This document shows positions 38,846 through 49,684 of a stretch of 64,000 bases of DNA, in pieces; the stretch's first letter is position 1; every line of letters begins with the position of its first letter. This stretch comes from an uncultured bacterium. Lineage in GTDB: Bacteria > CSSED10-310 > CAZUFC01. The translations under genes and the position numbers were made by a program. The stretch lies in the NCBI GenBank assembly GCA_964619725.1, contig CAZUFC010000035.1, positions 1-64,000 of the forward strand, given 5' to 3'. The notes beneath the pieces were generated by a model. The model was not told where the DNA came from. It did no database searches and worked only from the letters and a program-made list of their open reading frames with translations.

Positions 38846-40756
38846 TTAAATTACGGACATCTCCTGATTTTTCCGTCGTATCATAAGAAATGCGGAGCCG
38901 AAAAGGATCAGGATAAGGACCCCGGCGGTTGAAAAAGCGGGTATGGAGTGACCCGGCATAATGATGAAAGAGAAGGGATCGGCCTGAGCTTCTTCTTCAA
39001 ATGCGGAAACGTAGCACTCTGCGTCATTTCCGTAAATATATGTCGTTCCGTATGTGGTGGGCTCTCCGTTGATTTCCATGTAATATTCGATTACGTCGTT
39101 ATTGTCGTAATCGTTTTCTATTAAGCTGAAAGAAGCCATCCAATATTCATTGAGGCCGTATTGCGAGTCGAAATTAAATTCCGAACTGTTCCAGGAGGTT
39201 TCGCCGACTTTTCTGTAATGGAGCATACCGGACCAGATAGTTCCCGACGGGTATCCGCCGCAGTAGATGTGGACAGTTTCCGTGTCATCCGTGACGTCGA
39301 GCGGATTGCGCATGGTGACGCTGAAGGGTTCCTGATTATTCGGAATATGCCACACGTTGAGCAACTGAGGAGTGATGGAGGGCGTTGTCGTGGGCGCCGG
39401 CGATGGAGAGGGAGCCGGTGTTTGCGTCGTTTCGGGATATCGGAAGCGATAGGGTTCATTCCGGGCGATCAGCTCATCGACGGTTCTGGAGGGGGATTCT
39501 TCATTATAGAGAAAAGTTACGGCGTTTCCGGGATTCCATACTTCTATGTAATATTCGACGGCGCTTCCGGGCTCTGCATGCGGTATCCACGAGGAGCCGC
39601 CCTGATCGCAATAGGTCCACCAGTAATCGTTGTGCTGGTCGTTGCATGTCCATATGAAATCATGATCCATCCAGGCTCCATGGTCGACCCTGTAGTGGAG
39701 AGTGAAACCTGAAGCGCCTCCCATTACGACGCCACCGTAAATGCAGACGGGTTGTTCGGGCATGGAGGGCGAGACGGGATCGCGCATGGGAGCATTGTAT
39801 TGGCAGGCTTCGTGCCATGCCGGGCCGTGCCAGGCGTTGATCGTGGGCAGCGGCGTCGGGACTAAAGTTGCTGTCGGCGTCGCAGTGGGTTGAGAGGACG
39901 ACAGATGAAATTTCGTGCCGCCGTAAATGCCCCAGGCGTTACCCTGAGCCATGCCTCTGAATCGACACCAGCGCACCTGGTCGGGCGGACTCCAGGTATC
40001 CAGACACCCGTATTCGTTATAACCCTGGGTGTCGCGATAGCCTATCACCGTAATGAAATGGTCCGTGCTGCCGTCGCCGTTCGTGTCCACCAGAAAAACC
40101 AAAGGCCTGTCATTGTCGATTTCGGTTTTAACCAGGTCCCATGTCCCGCTGTTATAGTAAAAATTCGAATAAGTCTGTTCATATTCGGGCGCCGCATATT
40201 CCACATAATCAAAAAAAGCCGGTCCGATGTCGCTCGACCAGCTCCATCCGTAATAATTCCATTCCGCGCTCCACGAAGTATGCATGAAGTCAGCGATGCA
40301 GTTGCTTGCATGTTCGTCGCCGGCCGGCGGTTCCGATTTGTCCGGTATCGGAGTCGGTTGGCCGTTGTCTATGGGCAGGCTGTAATCTTCGTAATGCTGG
40401 GGGTTCCCCGCATTACCCTGCGAGGCTATGGCCTGGTTCACTTCCCAGGTCTGCGTTGATGCGTCGCCCGGTATCAGGTCGGGAAAACCATGCCCATCAT
40501 AATACCCTATCACCATGCCGACGGCCGTAGGTCCGCATCCGTGCCGCCACAAATATCCGGGCACTCCCGTCATCAACTTGTCGTCACGATCCAACGTCAC
40601 ATCGTCATGTCTCGCCGGGGATACTCCGGGAGGCAGCTCAGGCCCGGTCGTGCTCTGCTGCGGCCCTATAACTGAAAAATCATCCGCTGATGTCTTCATA
40701 AAAAAGAGAGGAAGGAATGCGATGATCATTATAATCAAACCGAATGTTTTCTGCAT
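38846..40756 (-). CDS. Secreted C39/C10-like cysteine peptidase with Pro/Thr linkers, two repeated beta-rich domains and an IPxF-TM-basic sorting tail
   Basis: GCGPTAVGM (Cys), HFITVIGY (His) and LDTW. PT-rich linkers. C-terminus SIPAFSTAGVLILILFGSAFLMIRRK. Confidence 0.75.
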   Translation of the reverse strand: MQKTFGLIIMIIAFLPLFFMKTSADDFSVIGPQQSTTGPELPPGVSPARHDDVTLDRDDKLMTGVPGYLWRHGCGPTAVGMVIGYYDGHGFPDLIPGDASTQTWEVNQAIASQGNAGNPQHYEDYSLPIDNGQPTPIPDKSEPPAGDEHASNCIADFMHTSWSAEWNYYGWSWSSDIGPAFFDYVEYAAPEYEQTYSNFYYNSGTWDLVKTEIDNDRPLVFLVDTNGDGSTDHFITVIGYRDTQGYNEYGCLDTWSPPDQVRWCRFRGMAQGNAWGIYGGTKFHLSSSQPTATPTATLVPTPLPTINAWHGPAWHEACQYNAPMRDPVSPSMPEQPVCIYGGVVMGGASGFTLHYRVDHGAWMDHDFIWTCNDQHNDYWWTYCDQGGSSWIPHAEPGSAVEYYIEVWNPGNAVTFLYNEESPSRTVDELIARNEPYRFRYPETTQTPAPSPSPAPTTTPSITPQLLNVWHIPNNQEPFSVTMRNPLDVTDDTETVHIYCGGYPSGTIWSGMLHYRKVGETSWNSSEFNFDSQYGLNEYWMASFSLIENDYDNNDVIEYYMEINGEPTTYGTTYIYGNDAECYVSAFEEEAQADPFSFIIMPGHSIPAFSTAGVLILILFGSAFLMIRRKNQEMSVI

Positions 40757-41028
40757 TTTTACCTCCGCAGGAAAAAGGTTCCTCCGGCATTATACTGATC
40801 TGTATTCTGTTTTCCATTTTTTCGGGCATTGTTCAAAAAGATGTTTTTGGGCAAATGATCAATTTGTTCAGTCTTAAGGATTTAAGGGGTTTTGAAAATC
40901 TTATGGAGCGCCTGTCCGCAAGCCGCCTGTTTCCCTCAATGCTTTGTCAGGGATCGGATTCGTTCAGTCAATATACAAACGCTTCATTCGGCAATGTATT
41001 GAGCGGGCCGAATACCGGCAAGCCGCCT

Positions 41029-41892
41029 TCATGATTTATCGATGACCTTGTTTTTAATTTCAATAATTTTGTGCACGTTCAACCAGGCGCGCAGAAGGTT
41101 TCCGCTGTTTTTAAGATTATCTTCCGTTGCAGGGCCGTATTTATGGTCGGTCGTTAAATGAGCGCCGTCATTACTGACGAGAGTTCCTTTCCAGGCGTCT
41201 CCGGGGCGGCGGGATAAAAATTCGCCGTATACGTCTACGACCGGCAGTTTATATTTTTCAGCGAGGCGGATGAGCCCCCGGTTGTATTGTTTGATGTAGC
41301 CTGCCGAGTCCCACGTGGTCGGAGGAATTGTGTTGACGAGAGGGATAGTTCCGTTTTTCAGGCACATTCGATATATCGTTTCCATATTGGAGAGGTATTT
41401 TTCCGGCGGAACCCTTGCCCCCAGATCATTCGTGCCCAGCAGAACGACGGCGATCTGCGGATTGCGGCGCTTTAAAATTTCCTCCAGCGGCGGTAAGCCT
41501 CCTTTGCCTCCCCTGATGAATTCGTCTGAACGACACCCGCAGGCTGCAGTTTCGCTTCGTCCATGTCCCCTGTCTACGGCGGCGAGATACCATCCGTTGC
41601 TTGCGTCGTCCCTGTCCGCATTCATCCAGTCGCATATTTGCTGTTCTTCTTTTGTTTTGCCTTTGCCGGAGCGGACCCAGAGTCCCGCATCAATCAGATA
41701 GGTGATCGAATCGCCCATGGGTACGACCTTTCCCTCGCTCCCTGTGTAGTCAGCAGTCACGGAGATCATTGATTTCTCCCAATCCCACGTTTCGCGGAAC
41801 CTCTTTTCGTCCGCCTGTCCGCACGAACATGCCGACAATGCGCAAATTAAAGCTGTTATCGACCTGATAAACATTTTCAGATATCCCTTCAT
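41029..41892 (-). CDS. SGNH/GDSL hydrolase family lipoprotein
   Basis: GDSIT, LLGTND and DGAH. Cys-containing signal sequence. Confidence 0.82.
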   Translation of the reverse strand: MKGYLKMFIRSITALICALSACSCGQADEKRFRETWDWEKSMISVTADYTGSEGKVVPMGDSITYLIDAGLWVRSGKGKTKEEQQICDWMNADRDDASNGWYLAAVDRGHGRSETAACGCRSDEFIRGGKGGLPPLEEILKRRNPQIAVVLLGTNDLGARVPPEKYLSNMETIYRMCLKNGTIPLVNTIPPTTWDSAGYIKQYNRGLIRLAEKYKLPVVDVYGEFLSRRPGDAWKGTLVSNDGAHLTTDHKYGPATEDNLKNSGNLLRAWLNVHKIIEIKNKVIDKS

Positions 41893-42292
41893 TCACCCCG
41901 ATATGTCATCCATCGCCGGTTTGAATGCGAGTCAGGTCAGTCGGGCAACCCTTAGACGCATCCGGCGATGCTTTGGCATTCTTGATCCTATACGCAATCC
42001 GAGAAAAAACCAACATTATAATCGTGGATTCGGACTAATTCGTATTAGTTCAGATTATCGGGGATTTTCATTTTTCGGCGTGCGGCGATATGATTGTTTC
42101 TCAGATGATTTAAGATGCTTCCGGCTTGGTTGCATTTGTTGTGGAAAATACTTCATGTCGGTCAATTTACCGCTTTTTGCTCCAGTGTTTCCTCGTTCCT
42201 TGACTTCTGCCGCTGAATTGAATATTACAGAACGGGGAGGGTTTTGGGAGACAGTTTAATGTTTTTTTATGATGTATCTCAGGAGCTTGCGA

Positions 42293-45200
42293 ATGAAGAT
42301 ATTAAGAAAAATTTCGGTTGTATGTTTGTGGGTAACGGCTTTGACTCTTTTTATTTATTCTTTTTCGGCGACGGCTGAAACGGATGATGCCGATCTTGTT
42401 CGCGTCCGTTTGGAGGATTTCAAATACGACATTTACGATTTTCATCTTTATCCGTTCGATATAGCGGGAATTGACGTGCATGAAGGAACCGTGGACATTA
42501 TAGCGGACGAAGAGGCCAAGTCCTGGCTCGCGATGCTTGGATACGGTTGGAACATCATAACGGCGGGATCAGAACGGGATGTCCTATCGCTTGGACAGTA
42601 TTTAGACCCTGATGAGATTGATGTTCTGTTGCATCAATACGCGAGTGATTATCCTGATATCACTCATATCAGCAATCTTGGTCAGAGTCACCAGGGGCGT
42701 GATGTCTGGTGTCTGAAGATATCGGATAATGCGAATTTCGATGAAGATGAATATCAGATATTTATTAATGGTACGCATCATGCGCGGGAAGTGATGACAT
42801 CTGAAGTGACCGTTCATTTCATCGAGCATTTGTTGTCGAATTACGGCAGCGATCCGGTAATAACGACATATGTTAATAAATATGAAATATATGTCGTTCC
42901 TTCGATGAACGTGGACGGGCACAAGTATGTTTTCACGAACGACAACTGGTGGAGGAAGAACCGTCGGAACAACGGAGGAGGGCAGTATGGGGTGGACCCG
43001 AACCGCAATTATCCCTGGTTCTGGAACGAATGCGGCGGTTCCAGCGGTTATCCGGGCTCGGACACTTACCGGGGTCCTTCTCCGGGGTCAGAGCCATGCG
43101 TTCAAGCCCTGATGAACCTGTCTTACGACAAGAATTTCGTTTTCGACATTTCCTATCACTCTTACAGCGAGCTGGTCCTTTATCCCTATGGTTGCGACGG
43201 CTATTATACGGCGGATCATGCAGTTTACAGCAACATCGGACAGACTTTCGCCTCCCTGATACAGCGCGACAGCGGAGGCTGGGGATACACTGCCGGCACC
43301 TCCTGGGGCGTTCTTTATTCCGTGGACGGCGACGACGTGAGCTGGCATTATGCGGAACGGGGAACATTAGCGTATGTGGTGGAATTGAATTCATCGAGCC
43401 AGGGATTCCAGCCCAATTACGATACCTGGCGTGATTCGACGTGTGAACGAAATCTGCCTTCATTACTGTATCTGCTGGACAGGATGGACGGTCCGGGCAT
43501 CGGCGGTCATATACTGGACGGTTGCACTTTTGAACCTTTGGAAGCGGTTATTGAGCTGCAGGAAGTCGATTTTGAATACGGAGAAATTCCGAGAAAAAGC
43601 GAGCCTGAATACGGAAGGTATCACTGGATAACGCTGCCCGGCAGCTATCATCTGACCGTTCAGAAAGTCGGGTACATCAGTCAGACGGTTCCCTTTGAAG
43701 TAGGCGATTCTATGGTGATGCAGGATATTTATCTTATCCCTGAGGATGCCTTCGGCTTGTCCTATTCAAGCCATTCCATTGATGATGAGGAAGGGGACGA
43801 CGACGGTACCGCCGATCCGGGTGAAACTTTTGACCTTCCGATCATCATTCAGGCAACAGGGGGATCGGTCACAGGGATCGAAGCGGTATTGACCAGCAGC
43901 GATCCATATATCACCGTCATTGACGGCGACGTTATTTTTCCGGACATTCCGGGAGGTTTTGCCGCAGAATCCATGCCGCCTCACGCCCGTATCTCTGTTG
44001 ACCCGGCATGCCCGGAGGGACATGCGGCGAGTCTTCAACTGGCTTTTACCGCTGACCAGGATTTGTGCCAGGATACGACGGATTTTCAAATTGTCGTGTC
44101 CAGTTATGTCTGGGCCTGTCCCATTTATGGTGTTTACATGGATTCAGACCCCGGATGGACGATTTCCGGGGGAATATGGGATTTCGGTCAACCCACGGGA
44201 CAGGGCGGAGAATACGGTCATCCGGACCCTGATTCAGGATATACGGGACCGAACGTTATCGGCACGAATCTGAACGGCGATTACCCCAATTATGCTGACT
44301 GCAGCATTACTTCCGGTCCGTTTGATTTTTCCAATGTATCGGATGCCGTTATTTATTTCAGACGTTGGTTGAATGTCGAACAACCCTCTTATGATCAGGC
44401 GACTTTTTCCATTTCCACTAACGGCGGATCAAACTGGCAGCAGGTATGGCAGAATCCGGAAGAAATAACGGAAACTTCCTGGTCCCTGCAGTCCTATGAC
44501 ATTTCCAACTGGGCGGATTATCAGCCGGACGTCCGTTTCCGTTTTTCCATAACCTCTGACGGCGGCTGGCGGTACAGCGGCTGGAATATCGACGACATAG
44601 AAATCTGCGGATATACGGAAAGTGAAGCGACGCCTGTTCCGACCTGGACGCCGACCCTATTGCCGACCGATACGCCCACGCCATTGCCGACCAATACGCC
44701 AACCAATCCGCCGCCGACCTGGACGCCTACTGAAGCGCCTACCCTTACGCCGACCTGGACGTCTACTGATGTGCCGACTCATACGCCGACCCGGACGCCC
44801 ACGATGCCGCCTACGTTAACGCCCACGGCGACCGATGTACCTACCGGAACGCCGACCCGTACGCCGACGAAGACTCCTACGCATATTCCTACCGATACGC
44901 CGACTCGAACCCCCACACATACGCCGTCCGGCCTTCCCAGCAATACTCCGACTAGAACTCCGACCGTTACTTCCACATCCTCGCCGACCCTGACTCCCAC
45001 AGCGACTCTCACCCCTACGGGAACATTGCCGACCGGCACGCCGACATCGACGCCGACCCTTTCTCCAACATCCGATCCTTCGCAAACTCCGACCGGAACC
45101 ATTCCCACAGCTACTCCCACTGAAACCGTTCCTTCTCCGACCCCTGTCGAAGACCTCACTATCCATATCGAAACGAATCAGTCACAATACACAGGTGGCG

Positions 45201-45499
45201 ACCAGTTCCTGCTTACCACCGAAATAATCAATCCCGTGGACGAACTGCGCGTGGTTCAGGAATGGATCATTCTGGACGTAGGACAGTTGTATTTCTTCTT
45301 CCCCTCATGGAACACATTGCCCGATTATGAGCTCCTGCTCCTTCACGAGAATGAGCAGCTCGAACAAACCATACTGGACTTCATATGGCCCGAAGGAGCC
45401 GGCTCGATGCACGGAATACTTTTCTGGGCAGCCCTGCTCGACCCGGAAAATTTTGAACTCATTTCCAATATCGACTGGACTGAATTTTCTTATTATTAA
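42293..45499 (+). CDS. Secreted M14 zinc carboxypeptidase (carboxypeptidase T-like) with accessory modules, long Pro/Thr linker and a C-terminal domain
   Basis: HHARE (HxxE), [19 protein letters not shown] and VVEL. Signal peptide. ATG 42293 follows AGGAG. Confidence 0.9.
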   Translation: MKILRKISVVCLWVTALTLFIYSFSATAETDDADLVRVRLEDFKYDIYDFHLYPFDIAGIDVHEGTVDIIADEEAKSWLAMLGYGWNIITAGSERDVLSLGQYLDPDEIDVLLHQYASDYPDITHISNLGQSHQGRDVWCLKISDNANFDEDEYQIFINGTHHAREVMTSEVTVHFIEHLLSNYGSDPVITTYVNKYEIYVVPSMNVDGHKYVFTNDNWWRKNRRNNGGGQYGVDPNRNYPWFWNECGGSSGYPGSDTYRGPSPGSEPCVQALMNLSYDKNFVFDISYHSYSELVLYPYGCDGYYTADHAVYSNIGQTFASLIQRDSGGWGYTAGTSWGVLYSVDGDDVSWHYAERGTLAYVVELNSSSQGFQPNYDTWRDSTCERNLPSLLYLLDRMDGPGIGGHILDGCTFEPLEAVIELQEVDFEYGEIPRKSEPEYGRYHWITLPGSYHLTVQKVGYISQTVPFEVGDSMVMQDIYLIPEDAFGLSYSSHSIDDEEGDDDGTADPGETFDLPIIIQATGGSVTGIEAVLTSSDPYITVIDGDVIFPDIPGGFAAESMPPHARISVDPACPEGHAASLQLAFTADQDLCQDTTDFQIVVSSYVWACPIYGVYMDSDPGWTISGGIWDFGQPTGQGGEYGHPDPDSGYTGPNVIGTNLNGDYPNYADCSITSGPFDFSNVSDAVIYFRRWLNVEQPSYDQATFSISTNGGSNWQQVWQNPEEITETSWSLQSYDISNWADYQPDVRFRFSITSDGGWRYSGWNIDDIEICGYTESEATPVPTWTPTLLPTDTPTPLPTNTPTNPPPTWTPTEAPTLTPTWTSTDVPTHTPTRTPTMPPTLTPTATDVPTGTPTRTPTKTPTHIPTDTPTRTPTHTPSGLPSNTPTRTPTVTSTSSPTLTPTATLTPTGTLPTGTPTSTPTLSPTSDPSQTPTGTIPTATPTETVPSPTPVEDLTIHIETNQSQYTGGDQFLLTTEIINPVDELRVVQEWIILDVGQLYFFFPSWNTLPDYELLLLHENEQLEQTILDFIWPEGAGSMHGILFWAALLDPENFELISNIDWTEFSYY
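44625..45145 (+). repeat. Low-complexity Pro/Thr-rich coding repeat (TPT.TPT)n
   Basis: About 170 aa dominated by P and T within the M14 gene. Confidence 0.9.
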
Positions 45500-45811
45500 A
45501 GGCTCTTTCTATACTGCGAAGCTTTAAAGCAGAATGCATTGCGAAGCTTTTTGATCCCTGGCTGATTGCCGGCAATTCATCGGCCAATATCCGGTTTGTC
45601 TGATTAAAAGCGTCAGGAATTTCAGAATTACCCCTTGCCGAGGTCCAATCGTCAATGGTCAACGATAAACGACTGAGTTCATCTGCCATTGGAGTTTCGA
45701 TCAGGCAAACGCTTTATTAACGTAATGAGCGTTCAACATCCTATGATTCCCATTTGATCAATTGTAAAACTCAATATATACTTGCCTCCGAAGATGGGAG
45801 GAGAAACGGGT

Positions 45812-46621
45812 ATGGGCTCAGTTCCCGACGTATCGATCATCATAATCAGCACCAATGAAGCGCATGAACTGGAGTATTGCATTGATTCGCTTAAACGAAG
45901 AGATGGAAAAACGGATGTTGAGATCATCATTTTCGACAACGCTTCCTCCGATTCCACTACTGAGCTCGTGAAGGAACGTCTCTCCGAAGCCCGCCTTATC
46001 GTCAACGAAACGAAAACTGGTTTCGCGTCCAACAACAACCGTGGTATCGAAATGAGCAGAGGAAGATACATACTTCTGCTTAATCCAGACACGATAATAT
46101 CGCCGGAAACTTTCAGCGTAATGGTTGATTTCATGGACCGTAATTCCGATGTAGGCGCGGCCGCGTGCAAACTGGTGAATCCAGACGGCACTATTCAGCA
46201 TACCTGCAGACGGTTTCCCACTCCCGGCGCTGTTTTTTTCAGGTGGGCAGGAGTCGAAAAGTTTTTCCCGAATTCCCGAATTTTGAGCAGCTATTTAATG
46301 AAAAACGAAGACCATGACAGGCTGATCGAAACGGACTGGCTTTTGGGCGCTTTTCTGATGCTGCCCCGGAAAATAATAGATGAAGTCGGCCTGCTTGATA
46401 CCCGCTTCGATCCCCTTTACTATGAGGACATCGACTTGTGTTACAGGATAAAAAAACAGGGGTATCGCATCTGTTATTATCCGGAAACGTCAATTGTCCA
46501 TCTTTACAACAGGGAAAGCGCTGAGAGCATTTTCAATAAAATGACGTATATTCATTTCAGGAATATTATAAGGTTCTTCAGAAAACACAGATGGAGAAAA
46601 AATGAAGACTTTACTGATTAA
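45812..46621 (+). CDS. Glycosyltransferase family 2
   Basis: DVSIII, DNASSD, GFASNNN, LLNPD, GAFLM and YEDIDLC. RBS GGAGG before ATG 45812. Confidence 0.9.
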   Translation: MGSVPDVSIIIISTNEAHELEYCIDSLKRRDGKTDVEIIIFDNASSDSTTELVKERLSEARLIVNETKTGFASNNNRGIEMSRGRYILLLNPDTIISPETFSVMVDFMDRNSDVGAAACKLVNPDGTIQHTCRRFPTPGAVFFRWAGVEKFFPNSRILSSYLMKNEDHDRLIETDWLLGAFLMLPRKIIDEVGLLDTRFDPLYYEDIDLCYRIKKQGYRICYYPETSIVHLYNRESAESIFNKMTYIHFRNIIRFFRKHRWRKNEDFTD

Positions 46622-48086
46622 TTCCCCCTGGATACAGGAAGAGGAGCGGTACGGAGTGAAGGCAGGAGCGCGTTGGGCAAGTATCCGCAGAAAAAAGGAA
46701 ACCTTGATGTATTATCCTTTTCCTTTTTTTATGGCCTATGCGGCGGCTTATCTGAAAAGCAAAGGTCATGAGGCCAGGCTCAAAGATTCCGTCGCCGAAG
46801 GACAAACGGCCGAAGAAGCTCTGCAGTCCGTTGAGGAATATGGGCCCGCGATATGCGTTATCGAGACCTCAACGCCGTCCATATATCACGATCTTAAATT
46901 CGCAGAAAAAGTAAAACAGAACAGCGGCATTTTCGTCGCTTTGTGCGGTCCTCATGCTTCCGCGCTGCCTGAAGAAGTCCTGCAAAATTCTTATGTCGAT
47001 GCCGTGCTTTACGGCGAATATGATTACACGCTGGAGGAACTTGTCAGAAAACACCAGGAAACGAAGGGAGTTCCCGATCTTTCAAGTATCCAGGGACTCG
47101 CCTGGAAAGATAAAGCCGATGATGATCGAACAGTCGTGAATCCCCGGCGTCCTCTTATAAAAAACCTGGATACATTGCCTTATCCGGAAAGAGATGATGT
47201 GCCGTTGGAAAAATACACCGACCCAACATGCAAAAGATTTCCCAACGTTTGCATAATCGGAAGCCGGGGTTGCCCCAATCAGTGCATTTTCTGTCTTGAG
47301 CCTTCTGTTTTCTATGGGCCCAGGCCGGGCTTAAGATTACGGAAAGCTGAATTAGTGGTGGACGAAATTGAGTTTATCATGCAGAAATACCAGGTCGAAG
47401 AAATCTATTTCGATGATGCCTCCTTTTCACTCAATACCGATTGGTCGCGCCGGATCGCTGAGGAAATACTCAAGCGTAAACTGGACCTTTACTGGTCCTG
47501 CATGGCCGATTCGGGAATTGACCTGGATACCTTGCAATTAATGAAAAAATCGGGATGCCGCGGCGTAAAGTTCGGCGTCGAATCGGCAGATCCGGAAATA
47601 CTGAAAAAAGCGAAAAAACCTCTCAGCCTGGAAAACGTCAAAAAATTCGTCAGAGATTGTAAGACCGCCGGCATCTATACTCACGGCACTTTCATGTTCG
47701 GACTGCCGGGCGAAACGAGAGAATCCATCGAACAAACCATAGATTTCGCTTTTTCCCTTAAATTGACTACTGCCCAATTCTCCGTCGCCACACCCTTTCC
47801 GGGAACGCAATTCTATAAAATGGCCAAAGAAAACGGGTGGCTCATTACCGATGACTGGTCAAAATTCGAAGGCGCGGGTTCGCCCGTTATCGAATATCCC
47901 CAGTGCTCAAAGGAAGATATAATCAGAGGCGTGAGTTTAAGCAAAAAAAGGAAACTTCTGCGCGTGGCCTATAATCCCAGGATATTCGTGCAATACGTAA
48001 AAAAAATATATGACATGGAAGGCGTTGCCGGCGTGCTTAGAAACCTATGGGATAAAGGTTCATTCATCATCCGCTCAGGAAAATGA
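46602..48086 (+). CDS. Cobalamin-binding radical SAM protein
   Basis: N-terminal B12-binding-like domain (GPHAS, GEYD), SRGCPNQCIFC, GVES, FGLPGET and PFPGT. Overlaps the GT2 gene. Confidence 0.88.
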   Translation: MKTLLINSPWIQEEERYGVKAGARWASIRRKKETLMYYPFPFFMAYAAAYLKSKGHEARLKDSVAEGQTAEEALQSVEEYGPAICVIETSTPSIYHDLKFAEKVKQNSGIFVALCGPHASALPEEVLQNSYVDAVLYGEYDYTLEELVRKHQETKGVPDLSSIQGLAWKDKADDDRTVVNPRRPLIKNLDTLPYPERDDVPLEKYTDPTCKRFPNVCIIGSRGCPNQCIFCLEPSVFYGPRPGLRLRKAELVVDEIEFIMQKYQVEEIYFDDASFSLNTDWSRRIAEEILKRKLDLYWSCMADSGIDLDTLQLMKKSGCRGVKFGVESADPEILKKAKKPLSLENVKKFVRDCKTAGIYTHGTFMFGLPGETRESIEQTIDFAFSLKLTTAQFSVATPFPGTQFYKMAKENGWLITDDWSKFEGAGSPVIEYPQCSKEDIIRGVSLSKKRKLLRVAYNPRIFVQYVKKIYDMEGVAGVLRNLWDKGSFIIRSGK

Positions 48087-48197
48087 CCGACTGATGTCGT
48101 GCATTTCAGCAGGAAGGAAACGGTTAAGCATATCGTTAAAAACGTTTTGGCAAAAATGAACGGTTTTTTTTACCATATGTGAGAATCTCGAATCGTC

Positions 48198-48902
48198 ATG
48201 CTTTACGACAAAGAAAAAAAAGAAAAAGCGCTGAAAGACCTGGAAAGACGAGGGCTGGACTTGACGCACCGGCGAATTATCGAAATGACCGGGAAAAATA
48301 AAAAAGTCCTGGAAGTTGGATGCGCGACAGGTTATGTATCGAAGGAGCTCAAGAAGGCCGGATGTTCCATAACCGGCATAGAAATTGACCCGGAAGCGGC
48401 TAAGCAGGCTGAAACGCATTGCGATAAAGTCCTGACCGGCGATATTGAGACCGATATCGACTTTTCAGAAGTAGGAGAAAAATTCGATGTAATACTTATG
48501 GGCGACGTCCTGGAACATCTCAAAGACCCGGAAAGCATATTGAAAGAGCTCCGAAAAATGCTTCAACCCTTTGGATACATATTAGTCACATTGCCCAATG
48601 TAGCCTTTTACAAAATGAGATGGGACCTTCTTCTGGGGCGCTTCGAATACAGCGATTTCGGTTTGCTGGATCGCACTCATCTGCGCTTCTACACATTCTA
48701 TTCTTTTCACAGGTGCGCGGCCAGATGCGGTTTCCGTATCGCCGATTACAGGGTGAATGAAGGACGATTCCCGCTGGAAAATAAATTAAGAAAAGTAAAG
48801 CCTGTCGAGCGCTTTATAAGAAAAGTGAGTGAAGGGCTGGTCAAGAGATTCCCCAACCTGTTCGGATTTCATTTCATTTTTAAACTTGAACCTGATGAGT
48901 GA
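48198..48902 (+). CDS. Class I SAM-dependent methyltransferase (glycan-locus type)
   Basis: VLEVGCATG, DVLEHL.DP and GLLDRTHLRF. Confidence 0.88.
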   Translation: MLYDKEKKEKALKDLERRGLDLTHRRIIEMTGKNKKVLEVGCATGYVSKELKKAGCSITGIEIDPEAAKQAETHCDKVLTGDIETDIDFSEVGEKFDVILMGDVLEHLKDPESILKELRKMLQPFGYILVTLPNVAFYKMRWDLLLGRFEYSDFGLLDRTHLRFYTFYSFHRCAARCGFRIADYRVNEGRFPLENKLRKVKPVERFIRKVSEGLVKRFPNLFGFHFIFKLEPDE

Positions 48903-49684
48903 TCATGGATATTGAACGTAGAATACTGCAGAGTATCCTGCCGTCATGGTACTGGGACAGAATCGACGTAGAACGTCATACTATTGAGACTTTCATCAAA
49001 CGAATCGCTTCAGAGATTCCAGAAAACAGCCTGGTTCTGGATGCAGGCTCCGGCGAATGCCGCTATCGCCCCTATTTCGCTCACACGAGATATCTGACTG
49101 CAGACTTTGCACAGGGAGAAAACGCCTGGGATTACAGCGGACTGGATATGATAGCGGAGATCAATGAACTTCCCGTAAAAACGTCATCCGCAGATGCCGT
49201 CGTATGCACTCAAGTACTGGAACATGTGCCCGAACCAGGACAAACGCTGCAGGAACTTCACAGGGTCCTCAAACCGTCCGGCAGGCTTTACCTGACAGCT
49301 CCACAGGCATTCGGAGAACACCAGGAACCCTACGATTTCTTTCGATTCACCTCATTCGGACTGAAACACCTGATGAAAAAAGCAGGATTCAAAATAATAA
49401 GCGTGGAAGCGAGAGGCGGATTCTTCAAGTTTTTATCCGTAATGCTGATATTCTTTTACGACAGAGTTTTTCCGGATACTCATCCCCGTATCTTGAAGGC
49501 GCTGTTGCTGCCCTTTCGTATCCCCCTGGCTTTTTTCTTTCTATTAGTTTTACCTCCGCTGCTCTATGCGGCAGATCGCCTGGACAAAAGAAAAGATATA
49601 ACTCTGGGCTACCAGGCAATTGCTGAAAAATGGGGTGTGGAAAAATGGGGTGTGCCGGATGCCGGCGGTCCTATCGCAATTTAA
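48899..49684 (+). CDS. Class I SAM-dependent methyltransferase
   Basis: VLDAGSG, QVLEHVPEP, LKPSG and PYDFFRFT. GTGA overlap with the upstream gene. Confidence 0.85.
   Translation: MIMDIERRILQSILPSWYWDRIDVERHTIETFIKRIASEIPENSLVLDAGSGECRYRPYFAHTRYLTADFAQGENAWDYSGLDMIAEINELPVKTSSADAVVCTQVLEHVPEPGQTLQELHRVLKPSGRLYLTAPQAFGEHQEPYDFFRFTSFGLKHLMKKAGFKIISVEARGGFFKFLSVMLIFFYDRVFPDTHPRILKALLLPFRIPLAFFFLLVLPPLLYAADRLDKRKDITLGYQAIAEKWGVEKWGVPDAGGPIAI

Noticed and set aside
43084-43095. REP copy inside the M14 gene (GGGGTCAGAGCC)
   Set aside because: Only 12 bp match, and they encode the conserved M14 (P)GSEP motif, so this is probably coincidence.
44521-45166. Minus-strand ORFs rich in VGV or RR
   Set aside because: Antisense shadows of the Pro/Thr linker codons.
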